From Pseudomonadota bacterium (GTDB lineage Bacteria > Pseudomonadota > Gammaproteobacteria > Steroidobacterales > Rariloculaceae), in the NCBI GenBank assembly GCA_036337035.1, contig JAYZFC010000002.1, positions 16,138 to 80,137 of the forward strand: a stretch of DNA of 64,000 bases, in the 5' to 3' direction. Below are positions 19,065-27,720 of the stretch, in pieces. The notes beneath the pieces were generated by a model. That model was given only the letters and a program-made list of their open reading frames with translations. It was not told where the DNA came from and did not search any database. The position numbers were made by a program, and so were the translations under genes. Position 1 is the first letter of the stretch. Every line of letters starts with the position of its first letter.

Positions 19065-20503
19065 TCGCTGTTTCTAAGTGTTTCGATCTGTTGTTTTAGA
19101 GCTAAATAATTTTCTGATTGCTCTTCAGTCAGATCTCCTTCCAATAAGTTGTTATATTCATAAGGATCTGCTTGTAAATCATAAAAATGTTCTTCTAAAT
19201 TATTTCTTAATAATTTATAGCGGTGGTTTCGCATGGCGTAATCTGCTGTTGGTATGCCAATAAAGCCCCCTGGAAACATATCAGCATAAACCCACTCTCG
19301 TTGTGAAGGAGTATTTAAATCTTTTAAGATCGGTAAAAAACTCACAGAGTCTGTTGTCACTTCTTCAGGTACAGCTTCTTCAGGATCAATACCTGCCATT
19401 TCCATAATGGTGGCAAATAAATCAGTAGAATTAACAAGTGCGTCAGAGACACCATTTACAATCCCCGGTCCAGCAACAATCAAGGGCACATTAACACCGC
19501 CTTGATACATAGTCTGTTTAGCGTAATAAGGACGAAATGGTGATGAAACTATTCTTAAGTCTGTCCCATTATCACCCATAAAAATAACATAGGTATTGGC
19601 ACGAACTTCTGCAGATAAAGAATCTAAGATTCGACCGATTTGTGTATCCATAGCTTCAAGCATGGATTGGAAATAATCTGGGTTATCATAGCTAGGTACT
19701 GAATTTCTTCCAAGATGAGAATAATCAGACTGCCAGTGTTCTTCTGGAGAAAGATGCAAAGGGGTATGAGGTAAATTAAGTGCAAACCACAAAAACCAAG
19801 GATTGTCCTCCTGCTCGGCAATCCAATTAATAGCATCGTTTGTTTTATCCACAGGTGCATAACCAACAGTACCAATTACCTCACCATTGACTACCTTATT
19901 CCAAGAAAAATAGTTTTCTGGCGACCCAAAAGGCAAAGTAACAGCATGATCAAAGCCAACCAGATTGGGATGATCAATTCCTCCATTTTTATCATCTCCT
20001 AAGTGCCATTTACCAATTGCTGCAGTTTTGTAATTTAGATGATCATCAAATGCTTTAGGTAAAGTATATTCATCTAAGTCTAGACCTGCACGGGGAATGC
20101 TACTAAGGCTGTCTATTGCTTCTATACCTGAAAGACCTGGTCCTGGCTGATTACGCATACCTGGAGGAGATGGTACTGCCCATGCAGGTAAAGGAGGTGG
20201 ATCATCAAGCTGGAGCCCACCACCAGGACCACCAACAGGACGCCCTATTCCTGTTCTAAAGCCATATCTTCCAGTTAATAAAGTAGCTCTGGTTGGAGAG
20301 CAAACTGGTTGTGTCCAAAAATTATTAAAACGTATGCCTTCATTTGCTAATTGATCAAGGGTTGCTGTTGTTGCTGTGTCATCGCTCAAACCATAAGAGG
20401 CAAGAGTCTCGTTACCCATATCGTCACCGATGATCAATAAGATGTTCGGAGCTGAGTAGCAAAGGTTACTAAAAAAGAAAAGGATACAAAATTTTAATTT
20501 CAT
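19061..20503 (-). CDS. Secreted type I sulfatase, tandem copy A
   Basis: 480 aa. Signal MKLKFCILFFFSNLCYS/A. Metal site IIGDDMG. Formylglycine motif CSPTRATLLTGR. GKWHLG and FMGDNG blocks. Confidence 0.9.
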   Translation of the reverse strand: MKLKFCILFFFSNLCYSAPNILLIIGDDMGNETLASYGLSDDTATTATLDQLANEGIRFNNFWTQPVCSPTRATLLTGRYGFRTGIGRPVGGPGGGLQLDDPPPLPAWAVPSPPGMRNQPGPGLSGIEAIDSLSSIPRAGLDLDEYTLPKAFDDHLNYKTAAIGKWHLGDDKNGGIDHPNLVGFDHAVTLPFGSPENYFSWNKVVNGEVIGTVGYAPVDKTNDAINWIAEQEDNPWFLWFALNLPHTPLHLSPEEHWQSDYSHLGRNSVPSYDNPDYFQSMLEAMDTQIGRILDSLSAEVRANTYVIFMGDNGTDLRIVSSPFRPYYAKQTMYQGGVNVPLIVAGPGIVNGVSDALVNSTDLFATIMEMAGIDPEEAVPEEVTTDSVSFLPILKDLNTPSQREWVYADMFPGGFIGIPTADYAMRNHRYKLLRNNLEEHFYDLQADPYEYNNLLEGDLTEEQSENYLALKQQIETLRNSE

Positions 20504-20509
20504 AATAAT

Positions 20510-21943
20510 TTACTCGCTGTTTCTAAGTGTTTCGATCTGTTGTTTTAGGGCTAAGTAATTTTCTGATTGCTCTTCAGTCAGATCTCCTTCCAATAAGTTA
20601 TTATGCTCATAAGGGTCTGCTTGTAGATCATAAAAATTTTCTGCGGGTGTAGCTCTAAAATCTCTTAATAATTTATAGCGGTGATTACGCATTGCATATT
20701 CTGAAAATGGAATACCCTCAAAACCATAAAATCTATCAGCATAAACCCACTCTCGTTGTGAAGGAGCATTTAAATCTTTTAAGATCGGTAAAAAGCTCAC
20801 AGAGTCTGTTGTCACATCTTCAGGTACAGCTTCTTCAGGATCAATGCCTGCCATTTCCATAATGGTGGCAAATAAATCAGTAGAATTAACAAGTGCATCA
20901 GAGACACCATTTACAACCCCCGGTCCAGTGACAATCAAGGGCACATTAATACCGCCTTGAAAAACATATCCCTTAGTATTACCAGAATGAAATGGTGATG
21001 AAGCCATTCTTGTATCTGTTCCATTATCACTCATAAAAATAACATAGGTATTGGCACGAACTTCTGCAGATAAAGAATCTAATAACCGACCGATTTGTGT
21101 ATCCATAGCTTCAAGCATGGATTGGAAATAATCTGGGTTGTCATAGCTAGGCACTGAATTTCTTCCAAGATGGGAATAATCAGACTGCCAGTGTTCTTCT
21201 GGAGAAAAATGCAAAGGAGCATGAGGCAAATTAAGTGCAAACCACAAAAACCAAGGATTGTCCTCCTGCTCGGCAATCCAATTAATAGCATCGTTTGTTT
21301 TATCCACAGGTGCATAACCAACAGTACCGATTAGCTCACCATTGACTACCTTATGCCAAGAAAAATAATTTCCTGGACCACCGTTAGGCAAAGTAGCAGC
21401 ATGATCAAAGCCAACCAGATTGGGATGATCAATTCCTCCATTTTTATCATCTCCTAAGTGCCATTTACCAATTGCTGCAGTTTTGTAATTTAGATGATCA
21501 TCAAATGCTTTAGGTAAAGTATATTCATCCAAACTAAGGCCTAAACCAGGCACTCTTCTTAACCTCTCTATTTCTTCTATGCCTGTGCTCGGATTTGGTA
21601 TGAATCCCCTGCCTGGAGATGGTGTCGCCCATGCAGGTAATGGCAGTCGGTCTTCACTGATAGAAACAGAATTACGAGGGGTCCCTAAGCCTGTTCTAAA
21701 GCCATATCTTCCAGTTAATAAAGTAGCTCTGGTTGGAGAGCAAACTGGTTGTGTCCAAAAATTATTAAAACGTATGCCTTCATTTGCTAATTGATCAAGC
21801 GTTGCTGTTGTTGCTGTGTCATCGCTCAAACCATAAGAGGCAAGAGTCTCGTTACCCATATCATCACCGATGATTAATAAGATGTTCGGAGCTGAGTAGC
21901 AAAGGTTACTAAAAAAGAAAAGGATAAAAAATTTTAATTTCAT
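20510..21943 (-). CDS. Secreted type I sulfatase, tandem copy B
   Basis: 477 aa. Same signal peptide, CSPTRATLLTGR, GKWHLG and FMSDNG. TAA stop at 20510-20512, 6 nt upstream of copy A. Confidence 0.9.
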   Translation of the reverse strand: MKLKFFILFFFSNLCYSAPNILLIIGDDMGNETLASYGLSDDTATTATLDQLANEGIRFNNFWTQPVCSPTRATLLTGRYGFRTGLGTPRNSVSISEDRLPLPAWATPSPGRGFIPNPSTGIEEIERLRRVPGLGLSLDEYTLPKAFDDHLNYKTAAIGKWHLGDDKNGGIDHPNLVGFDHAATLPNGGPGNYFSWHKVVNGELIGTVGYAPVDKTNDAINWIAEQEDNPWFLWFALNLPHAPLHFSPEEHWQSDYSHLGRNSVPSYDNPDYFQSMLEAMDTQIGRLLDSLSAEVRANTYVIFMSDNGTDTRMASSPFHSGNTKGYVFQGGINVPLIVTGPGVVNGVSDALVNSTDLFATIMEMAGIDPEEAVPEDVTTDSVSFLPILKDLNAPSQREWVYADRFYGFEGIPFSEYAMRNHRYKLLRDFRATPAENFYDLQADPYEHNNLLEGDLTEEQSENYLALKQQIETLRNSE

Positions 21944-21950
21944 TAATAAT

Positions 21951-23420
21951 TTACTCGCTGTTTCTAAGTGTTTCGATCTGTTGTTTTAGAGCTAAATAAT
22001 TTTCTGATTGTTCTTCAGTTAGATCTCCTTCCAATAAGTTATTATTTTCATAAGGGTCTGCTTGTAGATCATAAAAATTTTCTTCTAGCTGATGTCTTAA
22101 TAATTTATAGCGGTGATTACGCATTGCATAATCTGCTGTTGGTATGCCTTCAAAAGAGCCAAAAAATGCATCAGCATAAACCCAATCTCGTTGTGAAGGA
22201 GTATTTAAATCTTTTAAGATCGGTAAAAAGCTCACAGAGTCTGTTGTCACATCTTCAGGTACAACTTCTTCAGGATCAATGCCTGCCATTTCCATAATGG
22301 TGGCAAATAAATCAGTAGAATTAACAAGTGCATTAGCAGTACCAATAGGTATATTAGGTCCTGTTACTATTAAAGGTACATTAACACCACCTTGAAAAAC
22401 AGATCCCTTAGATTTATCAGCAGAAAATGGTGGTGAAATTGATTGCCCAGTTGTTCCATTATCACCCATAAAAATAACATAGGTATTGGCACGAACTTCT
22501 GCAGATAAAGAATCTAAGATTCGGCCGATTTGTGTATCCATAGCTTCAAGCATGGATTTAAAATTGTCAGGAGAGTTTGATTGCCAATTTTCTTCTGGAG
22601 AAATATGCATTGGAGTATGAACAAGATTAAAAGCTAACCACAAAAACCAAGGGTTATCTTCCTGCTCAGCAATCCAATTAATAGCATCGTTTGTTTTATC
22701 CACGGGTGCATAACCAACGGTACCAGTTACTTCACCATTGACTACTTTGTTCCAAGAAAAATAATTTTCTGGGCCTCCCGCAGGCAAAGTAGCAGCATAA
22801 TCAAAACCAACCATGTTGGGATGATGGGCTGCTCCATTATTTATTCCACCTAAGTGCCATTTACCAATTGCTGCAGTTTTGTAATTTAGATGATTATCAA
22901 ATGCTTTAGGTAAGGTATATTCATCTAAGTCTAGACCTGGACGAGGAATAGGTCTCACCCTATCTATTTCTTCTATACCTGTAAGTGGGGCTCCCATAGC
23001 CCTATAACGCTGACCTCCTGAAGGAGTAAGTGGGGGTCCCATAGCCCTACCTCCTGAAGGAGTAAGTGGGGGTCCCATAGCCATACCTCCTGAAGGAGAT
23101 AGTGTTGCCCATGCAGGTAAAGGAGGTGGATCATCAAGCTCAAACCCTCCAGCAGGACGCCCTATTCCTGTTCTAAAGCCATATCTTCCAGTTAAAAGCG
23201 TAGCTCTGGTTGGAGAACAAACTGGCTGTGACCAAAAATTATTAAAGCGTATGCCTTCATTTGCTAATTGATCAAGCGTTGCTGTTGTTGCTGTGTCATC
23301 GCTCAAACCATAAGAGGCAAGAGTATCGTTACCCATATCATCACCGATGATTAATAAGATGTTCGGAGCTGAGTAGCAAAGGTTACTAAAAAAGAAAAGG
23401 ATAAAAAATTTTAATTTCAT
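21951..23420 (-). CDS. Secreted type I sulfatase, tandem copy C (carries internal 12-aa repeat insertion)
   Basis: 489 aa. Same signal peptide, CSPTRATLLTGR, GKWHLG and FMGDNG. Contains GGMAMGPPLTPSGGRAMGPPLTPSGGQRYRAMGAPLTG. Confidence 0.9.
   Translation of the reverse strand: MKLKFFILFFFSNLCYSAPNILLIIGDDMGNDTLASYGLSDDTATTATLDQLANEGIRFNNFWSQPVCSPTRATLLTGRYGFRTGIGRPAGGFELDDPPPLPAWATLSPSGGMAMGPPLTPSGGRAMGPPLTPSGGQRYRAMGAPLTGIEEIDRVRPIPRPGLDLDEYTLPKAFDNHLNYKTAAIGKWHLGGINNGAAHHPNMVGFDYAATLPAGGPENYFSWNKVVNGEVTGTVGYAPVDKTNDAINWIAEQEDNPWFLWLAFNLVHTPMHISPEENWQSNSPDNFKSMLEAMDTQIGRILDSLSAEVRANTYVIFMGDNGTTGQSISPPFSADKSKGSVFQGGVNVPLIVTGPNIPIGTANALVNSTDLFATIMEMAGIDPEEVVPEDVTTDSVSFLPILKDLNTPSQRDWVYADAFFGSFEGIPTADYAMRNHRYKLLRHQLEENFYDLQADPYENNNLLEGDLTEEQSENYLALKQQIETLRNSE
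22978..23100 (-). repeat. 36-nt in-frame tandem repeat inside sulfatase copy C
   Basis: Units 23014-23049 and 23050-23085 (cctcctgaaggagtaagtgggggtcccatagccCta / ...ccAta) differ at 1 of 36 positions. Degenerate partial copies flank them on both sides. The unit encodes GGxAMGPPLTPS. Confidence 0.85.
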
Positions 23421-23545
23421 TAGGCAGGTCTCTATGATTACAAAATTTTAAATTATTAATAAAAAACATTACAATAATAACTAACCTGTGTAACACTATA
23501 AAAAAAAAGTATAATTCTCAAATATTTAATGTGAGTTAAATCTTT

Positions 23546-23935
23546 ATGAAATTAATAAATTGCTTAAAGCTAGTCGCTCATTGGCCTATTAGATTAACCA
23601 TATCATTAACATATTTTGTACATGGGATAGGTAAACTACCTCATCCCGCCATTATTGATAATTTTGGAATTCCACCTGTCTTTGCATATTTTATAGCTTT
23701 TTGTGAGCTCTCAATCCCTTGCCTTCTAATAATTGGTGGTATTACTAGCATAAGATTATTTAATATTGAAGACTTCTTGACTAGATTAGGTGGCCTATTG
23801 ATTATATCTACAATGATTGGAGCAATTATAGTTGTACATAATTCTGCTTGGGATTACAGACATGAAGGAATGGAGTTTCAAGTTCTTATATTAAGTTGTG
23901 GTTTATATTTTCTATTGAGAGGCAATAAAGTATAA
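23546..23935 (+). CDS. DoxX-family membrane protein
   Basis: 129 aa with four hydrophobic segments. The RLTISLTYFVHGIGKL block is typical of DoxX as I recall it. Confidence 0.6.
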   Translation: MKLINCLKLVAHWPIRLTISLTYFVHGIGKLPHPAIIDNFGIPPVFAYFIAFCELSIPCLLIIGGITSIRLFNIEDFLTRLGGLLIISTMIGAIIVVHNSAWDYRHEGMEFQVLILSCGLYFLLRGNKV

Positions 23936-23961
23936 TTTATTGATGAGGGGTAAAAAATAAT

Positions 23962-24750
23962 ATGAAATTTTCTAGTGTATTTTTTTTAATACTGATTTTT
24001 TTTACAAATGCAGCCTATGCTCAGTATGGTACAGGCACGCCAACTGATGTTCAGCCTCGTGTGCTTGGTGACGCACCGATCAGAGATCTAAGTGGTGTTT
24101 GGGTAAGAACACCAAGAAGATTGTCACCAGAAAATGCCTTTATAAGTGGATCTACTTTCACACCTGAACCTCCTAAATTAACTGAATATGGTCAAGAGTT
24201 ACTTGACGCTTCAAAAAACTCTAATGCTGGAGATTTTGCATTAGTGGATACAAACGATCCAGTTTTAACTAAATGCTATCCGCCTGGCTTACCAAGAGTT
24301 TATCTACACCCATATCCTTTTCAGTTTGTTAACACGGATAAAGAAATAATTATCTTATATGAATATGATCATACTGTAAGAAGGGTGTATATTGATGGTA
24401 GACCTAATCTTGATGACCCTCCCCCATTATGGAATGGAAATTCTGTTGGCCAGTGGACAGATGATTATACTTTTGTTATCACTACAGTTGGTATAGATGA
24501 AAGAGCTTGGGTTGATAGATCAGGTATTCAGCATAGCGATCAATTAAAAATTACTGAAACATTTACAATAGTTGATAATCTTAATTTAACATTAGATATT
24601 CTAATGGAAGATCCTCTTGTTTTCGAAGAGCCGTGGGAAGCAGAAAGATGGTACATTACCCGAACTCCAGAACATTGGGAGATTAGCGAAATAAGTTGTG
24701 CCGGCGATTATCTTAATCACGCTGCATTTGAAGCTGTAATCACAAACTAA
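23962..24750 (+). CDS. Secreted protein of unknown function (C-x-P-P-G-x-P-R / DGR domain; paralogous to C-terminal half of 7147..8154)
   Basis: 262 aa. Signal ending TNAAYA/Q. Blocks LTKCYPPGLPRVY, VRRVYIDGRPN and LDILMEDPLVFEEPW parallel AQCVPPPTP, RIIYMDGRSHP and VDILVEDPEYLAESW. Confidence 0.5.
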   Translation: MKFSSVFFLILIFFTNAAYAQYGTGTPTDVQPRVLGDAPIRDLSGVWVRTPRRLSPENAFISGSTFTPEPPKLTEYGQELLDASKNSNAGDFALVDTNDPVLTKCYPPGLPRVYLHPYPFQFVNTDKEIIILYEYDHTVRRVYIDGRPNLDDPPPLWNGNSVGQWTDDYTFVITTVGIDERAWVDRSGIQHSDQLKITETFTIVDNLNLTLDILMEDPLVFEEPWEAERWYITRTPEHWEISEISCAGDYLNHAAFEAVITN

Positions 24751-24760
24751 TATAGCTTTC

Positions 24761-26074
24761 TTAAATTTCTCCCATAAGATAATTTGGGAGAAATGTAACT
24801 ATCTCAGGAAAAATTGATAGCAAAATAATAGTCAATACCATTATCAATGCATAAGGTATAGCTCCAAGAAGAACTTTAGTTAGATCAACATCAGGTGCTA
24901 TTCCATTAATAACATATAAATTTAAACCAACAGGTGGAGTAATAAGCCCAATTTCCATATTTATAGTCAAAATAACTGCAAACCAATAAGGATCAAAACC
25001 TGCTTGAGTGATAAGAGGTAATAATATAGGCGCTGTCATAACTATCACAGCAACGGGAGGCAAGAAAAAGCCAGCTAAAAGTAGAAAAATATTAACAGCA
25101 GCTAATAAAAACCATCTATTAAGCTCTAAGAGAGCTATCCACTCAGCGATAGATTGTGTCACAAATAAACTAGATAATGTATAGCTAAAAAGACTAGCTG
25201 CTGCAATGATCATCATAATCATAATGCTTTCGCGAGAGCTTTCTTTTAGTATATGCCAAATCTTCAAAGGATTTCTTACTTTATAAATAACAGCAATGAG
25301 GATAAAACACATCATCGCACCCACTCCTGCAGCTTCAGATGGGGTTGCAACACCGCCATATAGCACAAATAGAATCGCCAAGATCAAAAGTAAAAATGGT
25401 GCGACCTTTGGTATTAGTTCTAATTTCTCTTTAAATGAAAATTTTTTTTTGTTAAAGGCTGCTAAGTTATTATTTTTTGATCCATAAAAAATAGCCCAAA
25501 AAATAAAAAATAAAGTCAAAAGCAATCCTGGAATAATCCCTGATATAAATAAACGACCTATAGAAGTACCAGTTGAAATACCATAAACGATCATGGTAAC
25601 ACTTGGTGGAATTAAAATGCCTAGGGTACCTCCTGCTGCAATAGATCCAGTGGCAAGCTCATCTGAATAGCCTCTTTTTCTCATTTCAGGAATACCCATT
25701 TTCCCGATAGCTGCACAAGTAGCAGGAGAAGATCCGCTTAAGGCTGCAAAAATTGAGCAAGCAAAAATATTAGAAATAGCTAACCCACTTGGTACACGAT
25801 AGAGCCATCTTTCTAAGGCTCCATAAAGATCACTTGATGCTGGAGATGAGGCAATAGCACCACCCATTGCAATAAACATAGGAATAGATATAAGTGTAAA
25901 ATCTGATATGCCAGAAAAAAATAACTCACCTAAAAAATTTAGCGAGTAGAACCCTTCAAAAAACAACAAAAAGCTTATTGCTATAAAAATAAGACCAAAA
26001 GCAACAGGAATACCTGTTGCCAGAATAATAATAGTTGATAATGCAATTAAGCTTCCTATTTCTAAAGGGCTCAT
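24761..26074 (-). CDS. dctM: TRAP transporter large permease subunit
   Basis: 437 aa, about 12 TM segments, typical DctM blocks (IPMFIAMGG, GSSPATCAAIGKMGIPEM). Overlaps dctQ by 4 nt. Confidence 0.9.
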   Translation of the reverse strand: MSPLEIGSLIALSTIIILATGIPVAFGLIFIAISFLLFFEGFYSLNFLGELFFSGISDFTLISIPMFIAMGGAIASSPASSDLYGALERWLYRVPSGLAISNIFACSIFAALSGSSPATCAAIGKMGIPEMRKRGYSDELATGSIAAGGTLGILIPPSVTMIVYGISTGTSIGRLFISGIIPGLLLTLFFIFWAIFYGSKNNNLAAFNKKKFSFKEKLELIPKVAPFLLLILAILFVLYGGVATPSEAAGVGAMMCFILIAVIYKVRNPLKIWHILKESSRESIMIMMIIAAASLFSYTLSSLFVTQSIAEWIALLELNRWFLLAAVNIFLLLAGFFLPPVAVIVMTAPILLPLITQAGFDPYWFAVILTINMEIGLITPPVGLNLYVINGIAPDVDLTKVLLGAIPYALIMVLTIILLSIFPEIVTFLPNYLMGEI

Positions 26075-26598
26075 AATATGCCATCTTTAATAGAAGATTG
26101 CTTAAAAAGCTCTAGCTTATTAGTATAAATAGAATAAATATCAGCTAATAATTGTAAGGATAACAAACTAAAGCCTATAGCTAGAGGTAAAGTGGGTATC
26201 CATAAAGGAGGTGCCCATATTGAAGGGGTTCTCCAATCATTAATCCATGCCTCATAAAAATAAAACCAACTTGCCCAAGCCAAAATAACACATCCAAATA
26301 AAGATAAAAAAGATGAAAATATAGCTAGGTATTTTCTTGCGTTAGAATTTAAAAAATGTGGAACTAGATCAACATTTACATGACCTCGAGTTAAGAGTAC
26401 GTATGGACTACCAATTAAGGTTGCAGATACTACTGCAAAGATAACAAACTCATATTGCCAAATTGTAGATTGGCCTAAAATATATCTAATAAATACCATA
26501 TAGCAAACAACTACACAGGCGATTGCCAAAAGAAAGGCTGCTATTGCTCCACAAAGCCTAGATAAAAAATGAATAAAAGAAATAATCTTATCAATCAT
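26071..26598 (-). CDS. dctQ: TRAP transporter small permease subunit
   Basis: 175 aa, four TM segments, positioned between dctP and dctM. Confidence 0.8.
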   Translation of the reverse strand: MIDKIISFIHFLSRLCGAIAAFLLAIACVVVCYMVFIRYILGQSTIWQYEFVIFAVVSATLIGSPYVLLTRGHVNVDLVPHFLNSNARKYLAIFSSFLSLFGCVILAWASWFYFYEAWINDWRTPSIWAPPLWIPTLPLAIGFSLLSLQLLADIYSIYTNKLELFKQSSIKDGIL

Positions 26599-26606
26599 TC
26601 AAATAC

Positions 26607-27599
26607 CTATTCAACTGAAAGAGCTTGCCTGATTAGCTCTTCACCACCTTCAACCTCTTCTGAAAACACCCTATAGGAAGTCTCAATTGCAAGATTTTTC
26701 CAAAGTGAAGCCTGTTCAGAATCCATATGCACAACCTCTACTCCAGCATCACTAAAGGTTTTCTCCATATCTAAATCAAGTTGCTGCGCCTCTGCAAAAA
26801 AGAAATCTTCAGCTTTCTCTCCTGCTCTTAGCAATGCATTTTGTTGGTCTTCAGACAGTCGATCCCATTTTCTTTTTGAAACTAAAACTGGTTCATACAT
26901 AAACCATAAAGCATTGTTTCCAGGAGCTGTTAAGCATTGAGTATGTTCAAAAATTCTAAATGAGGTAAAACTTGCTGAACTTGTATTAGCAGCATCCAGA
27001 ACACCGGTCTGCATAGCTGTATAAATGTCAGAACTAGGCATAGCAGCAATAGAAGCACCAGCAGCTACTAACATTCTTTCAAAAGCCGCTCCTCCTGCTC
27101 TAATAACTTGCCCTTGTATATCATCTGGTTCAAGAATACATGCCTGTGATGAAACAAAACCTCCAGCCAGCCAAGCATCCGCAATAACAATAACGCCTGC
27201 TTCGTTTATTATCCTTCTAATTGAATCCATAAACTCTGAATTATTCAATCGTTTAGCATGTTCATGATTTTTTACTAAACCAGGCATCAATGTGGCATTA
27301 AACTGTGGGTGCCTCCCACTAGCATAAATTAGAGGTAAGGCAGTTATATCTAATTGCCCTCGCACAATGGCAGGCCATTGATCAGCTGCCTTAAATAAAG
27401 ATTGGCCAGAATAAATTCTAATTTGAAGATCAACATTTGCTAGCTCTACCTCTTCTGCAATGATCTGAACCATTTCATGCCTAATATCTCCCGAATTTCC
27501 TGGAAATTGATGGGACGCTCTAAGAGTAGTTTGAGGGCTAGAAACTTCTAGAAAAAATAAGCTAATAAAAGCTGTAAAAAAATAATTTCGATACAACAC
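26607..27599 (-). CDS. dctP: TRAP transporter periplasmic substrate-binding subunit
   Basis: The track ORF runs to GTG 27749. I prefer GTG 27597-27599 (V in KKVLYRNYFFTAFISLFFLEVSS): it gives a normal signal peptide, has GAGGGA 9-10 nt upstream, and removes a 29-nt head-to-head overlap with 27721..28113. DctP-like body follows (RASHQFPG...). Confidence 0.75.
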   Translation of the reverse strand: MLYRNYFFTAFISLFFLEVSSPQTTLRASHQFPGNSGDIRHEMVQIIAEEVELANVDLQIRIYSGQSLFKAADQWPAIVRGQLDITALPLIYASGRHPQFNATLMPGLVKNHEHAKRLNNSEFMDSIRRIINEAGVIVIADAWLAGGFVSSQACILEPDDIQGQVIRAGGAAFERMLVAAGASIAAMPSSDIYTAMQTGVLDAANTSSASFTSFRIFEHTQCLTAPGNNALWFMYEPVLVSKRKWDRLSEDQQNALLRAGEKAEDFFFAEAQQLDLDMEKTFSDAGVEVVHMDSEQASLWKNLAIETSYRVFSEEVEGGEELIRQALSVE

Positions 27600-27613
27600 T
27601 TTTTTTTCTTCCC

Positions 27614-27641
27614 TCTGTTTATTTTTAAATAATCTGTTTAT
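27614..27641. promoter_or_regulatory. Exact 9-nt direct repeat TCTGTTTAT x2 in divergent promoter region (candidate operator)
   Basis: TCTGTTTAT occurs at 27614-27622 and 27633-27641 (19 nt start to start), between dctP and the (GM)n gene. TATAAT at 27671-27676 and GGAG at 27709-27712 precede ATG 27721. Confidence 0.25.
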
Positions 27642-27720
27642 ACTAGAAACTAACTTTGATATTACCTTTGTATAATTATAACAAATATATTTAATATTAT
27701 TCGAAATTGGAGCAATAATT

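Larger units (their letters stand above)
19061..23420 (-). repeat. Tandem gene triplication (three head-to-tail sulfatase paralogues)
   Basis: The first ~87 and last ~38 residues are almost identical among the three copies, and the corresponding DNA is near-identical (e.g. 19061-19150 vs 20510-20600 vs 21951-22040). Internal blocks are strongly diverged. Confidence 0.9.

Noticed and set aside
16523-23420. Genomic island integrated at tRNA-Ser (sulfatase cluster next to a tRNA)
   Set aside because: No integrase, transposase, phage gene or other mobility gene occurs anywhere in the window. I saw no copy of the tRNA 3' end downstream that could serve as an attachment-site repeat.
19061-23420. 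CRISPR or non-coding repeat array
   Set aside because: The only repeated DNA in the window is coding: the sulfatase triplication, the 36-nt and hexanucleotide in-frame repeats, and the GGN-ATG tract. There is no repeat-spacer architecture and there are no cas genes.
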